This document shows, piece by piece, positions 42,262 through 53,940 of a DNA stretch of 64,000 nt. The notes beneath the pieces were generated by a model, which worked only from the letters and a program-made list of their open reading frames with translations, was not told the DNA's origin and made no database searches. The DNA comes from Octopus vulgaris. Its lineage: Eukaryota. Made by a program: the position numbers and the translations under genes. How positions within the stretch are numbered: the stretch's first letter is position 1; every line of letters begins with the position of its first letter. The stretch covers positions 119,536,001 to 119,600,000 of the forward strand of contig OX597817.1 of NCBI GenBank assembly GCA_951406725.2, read 5' to 3'.

Positions 42262-42348
42262 CGGTTTTTTTGACTATTTATTAAAATTTTATGTATTGAT
42301 TAAGTCTTTCCTTGTTTGTTTTGCAAAATAGTGGTTTTGTCTCTAATA

Positions 42349-42403
<55 letters not shown>

Positions 42404-43409
42404 AAATAGTAAAAAGTGAAAAGACTACAGAAGGCTTGTTTTAAAAGGTTAAAAAATATATATTTGAGTCAATATGTTTGAAGAATATTATAAATTTTTT
42501 TCTTACAATGACATATTTTCTATATATTCAACCACGTGCTTTCACAAACCAACTTTCTCATATATATATATATATATATACACATTCTCCAATAGAAAAT
42601 TAAAATGTGAGACAGCAAGTAGGAAACTACTGTAGTTTCTAAAGTACTCAATTGTGGTGAAACCTGGTAAATGCCAGTTTCATTTGCCAATATATTGTCG
42701 TGAGAAGTTGTCAAAGCATTTATAAGTGTGTGAACCTTGATATTCCAAATGTCCAGATATGGATAATTCGAAAGTATCTGCATAGTGCAGTTTCCATTTT
42801 CAGTCTTTGTTGATTTAGCCATAAACCCTTTAGGGATGGACAACACTGTAAGAACAGTTTAAGCTGGAACAAGAATAAGCAACATACTAAAATAAAGAAT
42901 ACACAAGTTGATCATGATATTTGTGCACTACCAAACATTTAGTTAGTAGACTGCAACCACATTAAAAGATTTGCTTGATTAACATCAATTCAGAACAAAA
43001 AACAGGAAAAGAAAAAAGAGTATTCCCAGCAGAATCTTTTTTAATGAAATATATAAAGAGCATATTTAAAGTAATGAGACATGAAATGTTTTTAAAATAT
43101 ATATAAAAAAAAAGGATATTTACCCCATTACTTAACTAAGTTTATGAGATAATGGATTTTGTGTATTTATGAGATTCACATCTCATGCATTATGGCTTAG
43201 TTTAGATTAAGATATTCAATTACTAAATTCAGCAGTTTTGGGAATTTAAAGTAAAGATATAATAGATAATAAACATAGTAAAATTATGACTGTCTGATAG
43301 GTCATAATCTTTAAAGAGGAAAACGTGCATCAAGGGTTTTAATAAATTTAACTCACAATTAAACAGTTCAAGTATTTCAGTGTTTATGCAAGTGTCTGCC
43401 ACATCTTTT

Positions 43410-43760
43410 ATATGTTTCCAGTCATGGGGCTGCAGCCGTACAGGGGCACTGCCCTGAAGGGTTTAGTCAAACAAATTCCAGTACTTAACTTTTAAATTTA
43501 GTACTTAATTTATCAGTCTCTTTTTCTAAACTGCTAAGTTACTGAGACATAAACAAACTAGCACTAGTTATCAAGCAGTAGTAATGGGACAAACACACAC
43601 ATGCACACATACACATGTGTGTGTGTGTGTGTGCACGCACGCGCACGTGCGCATACACAATAGGCTTTCACATAAATTCTGTCTACCAAATTCACTCACA
43701 AAACAACGGTCTGCAGATGGGACTGAGTTAGAAACCCAATGGTTGTCAAGTGAGCTTCCT
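43410..43760 (-). mobile_element. Decayed family A SINE
   Basis: gcagccgtacaggggcactgcc (tail)...ctgctaagtta...tctaccaaattcactcacaa...gggactgag. Confidence 0.65.
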
Positions 43761-44089
43761 CGCTTGATTTCCTAGGATCCTTTCGACTCAGCTACTTGCA
43801 TTCTCATCAGTTTAAAGAACATTGTTTAATATTCTTTTGAATTCCATCAAACCATTTTTGATTCATGATTTTATTTACTCTACTTTATTAAATGATTAGA
43901 ATTAAATAAGGAAATTTTTGACTTGAGTAATGGACGATTTTCTTTAATTCTGAAAAATTCTGCTTTATCGTATTTAAAATCTTTAACATACTAAACAGAT
44001 ATAAATAGATTTACAAATTATGGTTTTCGCGTTACAAGATTAATGTGGATTGGAATTAGACAGAAGAAAAGAATTCTACATTATTCATA

Positions 44090-44300
44090 ATCATTGTTTA
44101 GCATTCATTTGTCATGCTGGTATGGGTTGGATGGTTTGATAGGAGCTGGCCAACCAGAGAGCTGTCCAGACACCAATTGTCTGTTTTGGTATGGTATCTA
44201 CAACTGAATGCCCTTCTTAATGCCAACCACTTTACAAAGTGTATTGGGTGCTTCTTACATGCCACTGTCATGAGTGCATATTATATGGCACCGGCACCTA
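44090..44300 (-). mobile_element. Decayed family C retroposon
   Basis: catgctggtatgggttggatggtttga...ctgaatgcccttcttaatgccaaccact. Confidence 0.7.
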
Positions 44301-47300
44301 CAAAGGACATGCCTGTATGTATGGATGGCCACAAGATTTTCTTAACCTTTCATTGATTCATTTCATGTTTGCAATTAATTTGCAATATTCTTGATATGAA
44401 CCTGCATGTTGAAACAGATTTTGTTGTATTTCAGGAAGGCCATTCTACCAATAGTAAACACATGCTCTAGTTCTATTTTACTTCTTTCATTATTATTAAT
44501 CAATTAATTAGTATTTAACCAATTAACTAATTAATTGATTGTTTGATTAATTGTTCGGTCAGTCAATCAGCTAGATTTCTTAAGCAGGTCTAAGTTAGAG
44601 AGGATATGTTGGCAATGAAAGGACTTTGACAAACCTAGATGATTGATTGATTGATCAAGTTATTAATCAAACACTTGATTAGCTAATTGCTAATATTAAA
44701 TAATTGACTAATGATAATAAAAGAAGAGAATCAGAACCAATATGTGTGTTTGTTATTTGCATTGATTTATTTTTTATAACAAAAGTGAAACAAACTTGAA
44801 GATTGAGATATCTGTACAATGCTTTGGTATTGAATTTCCAGTTGATCATATTAATAAGAAAAGTACTGAACTTGAAACATGTTTTTATGTGAGTACTAAC
44901 CATAGCAATTTTCTATGTAGGCTTAGTAAATTCTCAGATGGATAGAGAACATAGAAACAGAAGGACTTTCCTAAGGAACAACTTATTGCAGGTTACTAGC
45001 CAGGCTTTTGCACAATAAAAAAGGAAAGCAAACAGCAAAACGTTTATACTGGTGTCATTGAATAGAACAAGTCACACAAAGTCAATTGGAAATAAGAAGG
45101 TTTGGTGAACCAGATGCAATTTAGCAAAAAATAGGAAGCAAAGATGTTATTGTATCCAATATATGACATCTCAGAAAACACTATTTTCATACAATGAAAA
45201 GCAACATGTGCATGCAATGATGGTGATGATAGAATAATGATACAAACTAAGATAATATAGCTCTATCTTTATGATAATTCAAAATGAACCATCAACTTAG
45301 GTTCAATATAATATAAGGCCATTATTTCTAATATTGGCAATGTATCCTTGGAGCAGAAACAAAACAGTCTCCTGCCTGGAGGGTAGGCTTCAAAAGAAGA
45401 GAAGAAATATATAATTTCAATTATAGAATAATATATAAACCATCATGAATTTCTTTTATCTCTTGAAATTGATTTAACTTTTTTTTATTCCATTTCACCA
45501 AAACAGAAATGAAAAATAATAACAAATCAATTAAAGACACAAAAGAACAAGAGTTGGGAATTGCAAGATATTTTTTCTTCTTATCTTTTGAAGTTTGGGA
45601 ATTCATTTCTTACAAATGCAAATTATATGAAAGTTTTAAATATAAGAGTGAATTTGTAAACAGCTAGTGGCAAACGTATACTTGATTAAAGTCTGAAATC
45701 ATTCCCATTTTATCCCAAGACATAAGGGAAAAATAAATAAAAGGTGTGTTACTCATTGATAGCATAAAATACAATAAAATATTAAAAAAAAAGACACAAT
45801 CTATTTATATTTATAAAAAGTTAAAACACGGAGAAAAATGTTCAAGTTCTACTAAGGACATTTTCTTTTGACATAGTCTTAATTTGATGAAGTGATTTTA
45901 TAAGGCTAATTTAATCTTAGTTACAAATAATCAGCAAAATTGCAATCATATTTAACCCCAAACATTTTGTAATATTGATTACATTAGCTTCAAAAATATA
46001 ATGCTTAGAAGAATTTAATTAGTGATCAAACAAGAGTATCAATCTGGGAAAATCTCATTATTTTTCATATAACTACACTTCTTTTAATACTAACATGTTT
46101 TGAAATACTTTCTAGTATTAAATCAAATAAGAATGAAGGGCAACTGTTTCTTATTCAGACAGGTAAGATGAGCCACGAATCAACAGAATGACCAACAGGC
46201 AGTTAAACTAATACTGTTAATACTTAGCTTTTAAAATCTGACATAAATAAATGTTTATATCCAAAAGAAATATCTTTATGTTGATATATATTTGCTTCAC
46301 AATTTTGATGTCTGGTATAATTTTATTACTACTCCAATTAGCCTTCAAGTTCTAGGCCATTTATTGATAATGATGCTTACACAGACTCCTATTCTGTAAA
46401 TCTTATGAATCAAGTCTGTGCTAATGTAAGTGTATTAGAATCTTGGCTAGCCAATCAATCTATTTCAAATAGTGTATGTTTTAATTGATGACAGCAATAA
46501 GTGGTGATTAACATGACAGGTCTGTTGCTGCAAGACAGATACATGGATTTCACTAAAAGGGAAAACATTCAATTGCATAGCACTGTAATTTGTATTCTGG
46601 GGTTAAGTTATCACAAGTGATTAAGTATCCCTATATATTACTCAAATGAGATTATATTGCTTTCACCACATTCATTGAAAACTTATTTTATTCTATTTCA
46701 ACTTTACAACACACAGCACAAATTTGCATTCATCTGCTAATGCATTACACCATCACCTTCCTCATCTCTCAATAATAGTTTGTACAGCCACTGATGATGC
46801 AATCCATTGAGAATTTTTATGAATAACCTTGGCCTTATACAGAATTTAGAAAGGAAGGCAATATATCAGGCACTAATTTGGCCAAAGCGCAGCCACTGAA
46901 AGGAATCATCATTCCATGTGGACAATTCTATTTCCTTTATAAAACACATCAAACCTCAATGTTTTATTACCATTTATATGGTTGATGTTATCAGGATGAT
47001 AGGCTTAACTGAATCTGGAAAGATTTAAATTAAGGTGGTTAAGCTATTGCAGTTAATATAATGTATTCCAGTACAACTAATTTGACTATATTTCACACAG
47101 GTATATGAAATGGATATAAAACCTAAGAAGTTCATGATTATGATGATTACTTTGTGCATGTGTTTAAGTTTATGTTTACACAGGATATTTAGTATTTAGA
47201 GAAAAATCTCCAAACCAAAGTTTTTGTACACATATTAGTCCAATCCATGCTAGTATGGGAAGCAGACATTAAATGATGATGATGATGATGATGATTATGT

Positions 47301-47869
47301 GACAAGATGTTTTTCAAAAAAAGTAGAGAGTCTACTCAGTTTTCACACACATGCTCGCACGCGCACACACACACACAATGGAGCTCATGTAACTCAATCT
47401 ATCTATCTATCTATCTATATCTATATATATATATAAAGACACTGTCAACCTTTCCCTTTCATCACCTTCACACCACCTTCAAGGTGGTGCTCCAGCATGG
47501 ACACAGTCAAGCAAATAAACAAATAAAAAAATCACTTTATTTCTCTGTGTGTGTGTGCGCGCGTGCATGCACATGCATGTGAAGTGAGTAGGCAGAACAT
47601 TAGTAATATGTAATTATATAAAAAATGCAGAGAAATTTCTGACAGACTAGCAAGAAAGAAATATAGCAACAGACAGGATATATACACAGGGACACTTCAT
47701 GGTACAAGTTGTCATGAAACAAAGCCCAAAAACTAGTAGAACTTATTTTATGTGACATGAGAGAATAATTAGTATTGAAAGAGATGGTGAGTAGAACTAT
47801 AGAAACAGGAGTATGAAAACTGAAATAAGTCAAAGGGAATGTTTCCTTTTATAAAAATATTCTTTCACA

Positions 47870-47916
<47 letters not shown>

Positions 47917-50039
47917 AATATATATATATAATTGTTAGAGAGGACAACAAACGTTAAGGCAAGGCAAACATCTCAAGTCATATATATTATCATTATTATT
48001 ATTATTGGAAAAAAAAATTCAAAGTCTCACAGTTGTTTCTGGGATATCCTAGAGTATGGGATATTCCATCATCAGAGACAAATAGGAAAAATGAGAAGGG
48101 TATAGATTAATGAAATGACGACATAGAGGACAGGACTAAAGGAATAAGGAGAAGAACAAAGAGAAGAAAAGAAAGAAGTATATATATATATATTATATAT
48201 ACATTTCAGGCGTAATGCTGTGGGCATGCTGGAGCATATATTTGCTGATATCATTAGAATTTTATAAACTTTCGCAATGAACTGAAGCACGTCATAAAGC
48301 ATGAGTAATGAAAGATAGGAATGGTAAGTCAAATAGTAACAGAAATTGATGGGGTTGGGGTGTAAATGTGACTATCACTATTTTTATGACAGTTTCTATC
48401 TAATTTAATTCCTTAAATTCTTGGGCAAAGAAGATTGATTTTGATATTTTAAAGAGAAAGCAACTACATTTGAAATTGTACTGCCAGTTGAATAAACAAC
48501 ACATTGAATATTTTAAAAGTATGGCTACGGTGATAACAGTCATATATAAATAGTTTATGACAGCTACTTTTAAGCTTGTAAATACATCAAGTTATTATGA
48601 TAGAGAAAATTGTACTTATCAACGTTCAGATTGAAAATATACTAAAACTATTTTTACTAATTTCTTACCAACCTTAATGAAGTAAACTTAATTTTAACAA
48701 AATAATGAACACAAATATTTGACAGTTTACAACATTTTAAAATTTAATTACTATGCTCCTGGCAAATTTTCATCTAAGAAAAATAATAAAATTATCTACA
48801 AACAAAGCCATAATGTTTTGTTTTCATTTTATTTATTTATTTGAGTTAATCATCTTATGAAATATTCATTACTTATTTTTATCAAATATTCTTGTTAAAA
48901 ATTTGCATGATTTCAAATTGATAATTCTAAAAATTATTGAGAAATATATTCAACATTGTAATTAGCTACAATATTGCCTGTATGAGGTGTTTTTTTCCTG
49001 TAATTATATGTGAATTATCTCTCTAAAAATTCCATGTATAAAAGATTAGGCTTTTATGAAATTTCATGCATCTCTGTTAATCAATGTCAGCTTTTGGTTG
49101 GGAACACAAAGTTACTGCAATTAGGACAAAGAAGTATTTTAAACAAAATCAAGTCAGAAGTCAATTCCAAACTGGAAAATAAGACCTGTTGGTCAGTTTT
49201 TCAGTATTTTTAATTAGGAAATGATACATTCCTATATTCCTACAAGAAACAGTATATAACCAACATTGGTATAGAAAACAGATAAAAAACAGAAAAACGA
49301 CTATGTCTGCAAACAAAAGATTCACAAAGGAGTAAAAATAGTGTAATTCAAGTCTTTATAGCACTAATATTCATTTTCATTTTCTTTATGGGATTGATGT
49401 ATTTTATTCGAGAGATTTACATGTTTCTGAAGAATGTTACATTGCATGGAATAAAGCATTTAGAAGCCAGTAGATTTAAATTTCCTATTTCAAATTTAAG
49501 AAGTAATCTAACAACTATAGAATAAAATTGAAAGCAAGAGCCTCTAGAGGATGGAGGATTATAGATGTAGGTAGCGATTAGCTAAAAATCATCCAGTGAT
49601 TTCTAACATCAAGAAAATGTGTTTATAGAGAAGAGTAAGAACTTGATAAGATGCAATCCATCCAGTCCTTTTATGTATCTTAGTTAACAGCATCATTACA
49701 AAAGGAATAAGAATCATAGATCATTCTTGAGCATTACTAGAAAGCAAGAAATGCTGAGAGTAGAGCAAGAAAAAGAATGGTGTAAAGCGAATGAAACAAT
49801 AGTTCTAATGTACATTTGACAGATATTAATCAAATCTGATTAACAATATCTCACATATCATAAGAAGAAGGAAAAAATGCCTTCAAACAGATAGAAATAG
49901 CACCTTCACCCTAAATGAATATATTAACATATGCACTCTTCCAGCAAAGGCAGAAATTAAGGTAATTAAGTCAAAATGAATTTCAATGTTTCAATTCTCA
50001 GTAATTATGATAAATAGTTCACAATAAACCTGATCAAAA

Positions 50040-50690
50040 GCTGTTCAGGACCAATGAGGGTGCTGTGCTCAAGTGGGTTTCTGACTTCAAGTACATTGGA
50101 TCATTTAAGATGGGCTCAAAAAGGAACAGCATTGTCATTAGAAGCTTTACTTGAAAAGTGCAGAGTATCTGGACCTCAAACCTGGTCGAGGACAAACTGC
50201 AGCCTCAGTGACTTTCTGAATGGCACAGGTCAATTTCATGAGGAAAATAACATATGCATGTGTGACCCACCTGACGGTGCAGCATGTGTCATGTGACCTA
50301 CTTCTTGAAAAAGGATGCTGGCAATAATCAAAGCAAATGTTATTTAAGGATGCAAAACTTGGAGCCTCACTAATTCTAATGCAAAATCTTTTCATGAGTA
50401 TCATACATAGATGCTTCAAGTGGCCTTCATAATCAGCTGGATTGACCAACTAAGAAAGCAATAAGGCAGACTGCAATTTGCCGGGTACTTTCTGTGACAT
50501 CTAGACGTACTTGCCAGGCATGTCATCATCTGCAAACTGACCAATGAGAGAATAAATGATATCTTCCAAAACTGTGGTCAAGACTTTGATGAAGGATAGT
50601 GACTGTATGACTATTAATGAACCTAGTGGTAAACACTAATGGTAAACAAGATATATGGCATATTTAACAGTGATGGCATCAACAATTTAG
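50040..50690 (+). mobile_element. Highly decayed RTE-group LINE fragment
   Basis: DFKYIGS motif near 50083, and YHT*MLQVAFIISWIDQL...RLQFAGYFL*H at about 50390-50500, matching RML..ALN.SW...RL..AGH. Confidence 0.6.
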
Positions 50691-52277
50691 TCAACCTCAC
50701 TAGACATAAGTGCTAAAAAATTTTATCAGAAGATAAAAAGGCAAAAAAGAAAAAAGAAAAAAAAATTCAGGAAGAGTTTGGTTAATTCAGACAGGATTTG
50801 AATGAAATGCTTAGTGCAAGGCATTTTCTGCAGGATTAACTATTACTATTCCATCATGTATGTCAATGCCCTTTCAGTTATAAATTATGAAGAGATATAT
50901 CAGTGATAATGATCACACTGATAAAAAAGGAAAATCTCTGAGGGCAATGATGAGAATAACAATAAAACAGATGCTTGATGATTGTGATGAAGACAATGAT
51001 GATGATGATGATGGTAGTGTTAGTGGTGAGAAGACTGTGTCAATAAAGAGAATGACAATAGAAATGTTTGAACAATGTTCGCAGAGATGGGGATAAGGAC
51101 AGCAACAATGATAATGTAGACACCAAAGAGGTAAACAAAATTATTCTAAAGATGCTGGTAGTGGTGCTCCGGATACTGTTGCAACAATTCGTATGTAAGG
51201 TACATGCATATGCATGTACATAAGTGTGTGTGTGTGTGTGTGTGTGTGTGTATCTGTATGTGTGTGTGAAAGAGAGAGAATGTACGTGTGTGCACTATTA
51301 TACACATATTGATTCATGCCTACATATTTACCTAAACACACACATATACACATACACACATATACGTGTGTGTGTGTGTGTGTATTTGGAGTAAATAGTG
51401 CTACTGATGGCAGAAATAGGTAAATGATGTTAAGGTGGTTGAAAGACAGATCAATTGAAAGTGGAAATTCCTACAGTAGCTTTTATGACAAGAGAAAGAA
51501 AACAAAAACAAAAAAAAGCTTTCAAAGAGTTAAAAGTCTCCCACACTAGGAAAAAAAATATTTGTTCACAATTAGGAATAATATATATAAAATTTTAAAA
51601 AATAAATAAAAAGATAAGAGCAAATAAATAAAAAAGTACTGAAAAGTAAAAGCCATTTAAAACAGATACAAATAGCATCCCCAACCCAGAAATATATAAT
51701 ACAATGGGGAATAAAAAAAGAGTGAATTTATAAAGGAATAAGACAGACAGATTAGTGAGTGATGGAGAGAGGAAAAAAAGGAAGGTGAAAAGTAAAGAAG
51801 GAAGAGTGGTAAGAGGGGAGATGAAGCATAGGAATATGATGGTGGGGACAAAGAAAATTATTTGTTTTTATTGTTTTGAGATGATGGCTGACTGCACTCT
51901 TATGTTAGGCAGTCAGTCTGACTGGCTGGCTGAACACACAAAACACACACACTTTCTCTCTCTCTCTCTCTCTCTTTCTTTCCCACAAACACACATATAC
52001 TCAAAATCACCATACAAAAGGTTGGATCATATTTCAAGTTTCTTGAAAGGTTTTTAAAACCCATCCACAGTCCATTAAAAAGCTAGAATTTCAATGACAG
52101 TACTATGTGGATGAAAGCCTTTTCTATTGTTCATGTTTGCTAATGTTGCTATTTTTCTATTAAATTGGCACTTAGATTTTATCCTCAAGGATATAAACTA
52201 TATTGGCTCCTACCTTCATTAGGATACTACTAAGCATATTTGTTTTTCAGATGTTCAATGATTAAAATGATGCCAGA

Positions 52278-52319
<42 letters not shown>

Positions 52320-52679
52320 TACATATACAATACTTACATGCATTTATTTAATATGTGTGCATGTACACACACACACACACACACAGACACACACCATTGA
52401 TACCAGCTAAAGAACTAGTCATATCTAGGAATCTGACAGGGAGCAGCATGGGACAGATATAGTGTTTTTAGACCTTTTTGCCATAAGAGAATCTTTTTTC
52501 TCCATGGTAACTGCAGTGAATTTGCTCTTAGAAGTTGAAATATGTCAAATATTTTAACTAGCCTAAAGTTCATAAATGTGTTGTGTGTGTCTGTACTCTA
52601 ACACACAGTAACATCATTGTCCTTGTTGTCGGTATAATGAGTATTTTTCCATAATTGCATGGGTCAGTGGGAATTTGTT

Positions 52680-52860
52680 GAAGCAGATTTTTCTACAGCT
52701 GAATGCCCCTTCCTGTTGCCAACCCTCACCTGCTTCCAAGTGAAGTAATATTTTTCCAAGGTCAGACATGTGTTCATGGAAGATTGGAAATGAAGGACAC
52801 CACTTGCATGATAGTGATATTTGTTTACAACTATCAAATGATATGAGGACAAGGAGATAT
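52680..52860 (-). mobile_element. Family C-related retroposon fragment
   Basis: tttctacagctgaatgccccttcctgttgccaaccctcacc...; a related copy lies at about 60960-61180. Confidence 0.55.
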
Positions 52861-52902
52861 AACACACACACTCACCTACACATTGAACATTATATATATA
52901 TT

Positions 52903-52934
<32 letters not shown>

Positions 52935-53510
52935 GTGTGTGTGAATAATCTGTATTTGTTACTTTTCATTTGTCTTGCTCGCTTACGTTCTGGTGTTTGC
53001 TAAATATTTTTGAGAACATTTCTTAGTGGTAAGACCATAGCAGATCTACTTCTAGCATAAGGGTTGTCCTCACAGTGGTCATCACTCTCATATGTATAAA
53101 ATACAATTTACTGAACTTTCAGATTTTAATATGCTAGACCACTGGTATTAAATTGATGCTAATTAAATTAACATCCAATTTCTTACCCTCATTTTAAATA
53201 TATATATATATATATGCAGATATGTTATCTTTCTCAATGCCTGCTACAATTTCTGCAATGCTGATGACAAAAGCAAATACATAACTTGCTCAACTACATC
53301 TACTTGCAATAAAAGACATTACAAGGCTATAAAGCTGTTGACCTTGTCCTCATGATTAGTTTAAAAGATGGAGGGATTTTGGAAAATGTTCCATATTTTG
53401 CTCACTGCATTCCAATATGAAAACTATGAAAACAATGAAATTTAAAATGAATGATTTACACTATTATAAAAATGATGATGAGATTCTGGAGTGTGAAAAT
53501 GTTTAAACAT

Positions 53511-53556
<46 letters not shown>

Positions 53557-53652
53557 TTACATACACACTTACATACACACTAGAGTTGTAATAAAAACAG
53601 AAATGTAATTGCATGGCAAATGTTTTGATCTGAAATCGTGTGTTGAAACTAA

Positions 53653-53940
53653 AACAGTTGCAGCATCGATGATGCAGGTTAAGCATTCAGAAATGCACGA
53701 AGAACAAAGGATGTTAATTTCACTTAAACATTTATTGTTTGTAATATGGTGTCGAAATTTTCATCACTGTAAACTGTGACCCGATTCCTGACAAACGTGT
53801 GCTGCATCTCATTTATCAGGGACCAAATCACAGTTTCAAGCAATGAACATTTTGGCACCATACTGCAAGCAATAAATGTTTAAGTGAAGCTAACGGTCTT
53901 TCCATGTTTCTGAATAGCTAACTTCCACATTGCAGTTGTT
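53653..53940. repeat. ~290-bp imperfect palindrome (foldback or MITE-like)
   Basis: Left arm ttcacttaaacatttattgtttgtaatatggtgtcgaaa...aaactgtga pairs with right arm tcacagttt...tttggcaccatactgcaagcaataaatgtttaagtgaa, with almost no spacer. Confidence 0.88.

Larger units (their letters stand above)
40695..42358 (-). mobile_element. Penelope-like retroelement, internally deleted, with an inverted 5' pseudo-LTR
   Basis: RT ORF, 147-bp inverted repeats (40783-40929 and 42212-42358), a 34-bp direct repeat (40695-40728 and 42044-42077), hammerhead motifs, and (TA)n on both flanks. Confidence 0.9.

Noticed and set aside
40783-42358. Interpretation as a DNA transposon with 147-bp TIRs
   Set aside because: The ORF has RT rather than transposase motifs, the repeats contain hammerheads, and the left repeat is not terminal (the element continues to about 40695).
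46785-46825. ctgatga-tgcaatccattga-gaat, a possible hammerhead relic (similar weak cases near 8825 and 56700)
   Set aside because: Incomplete GAAA core and no convincing stems I and III; compatible with chance.
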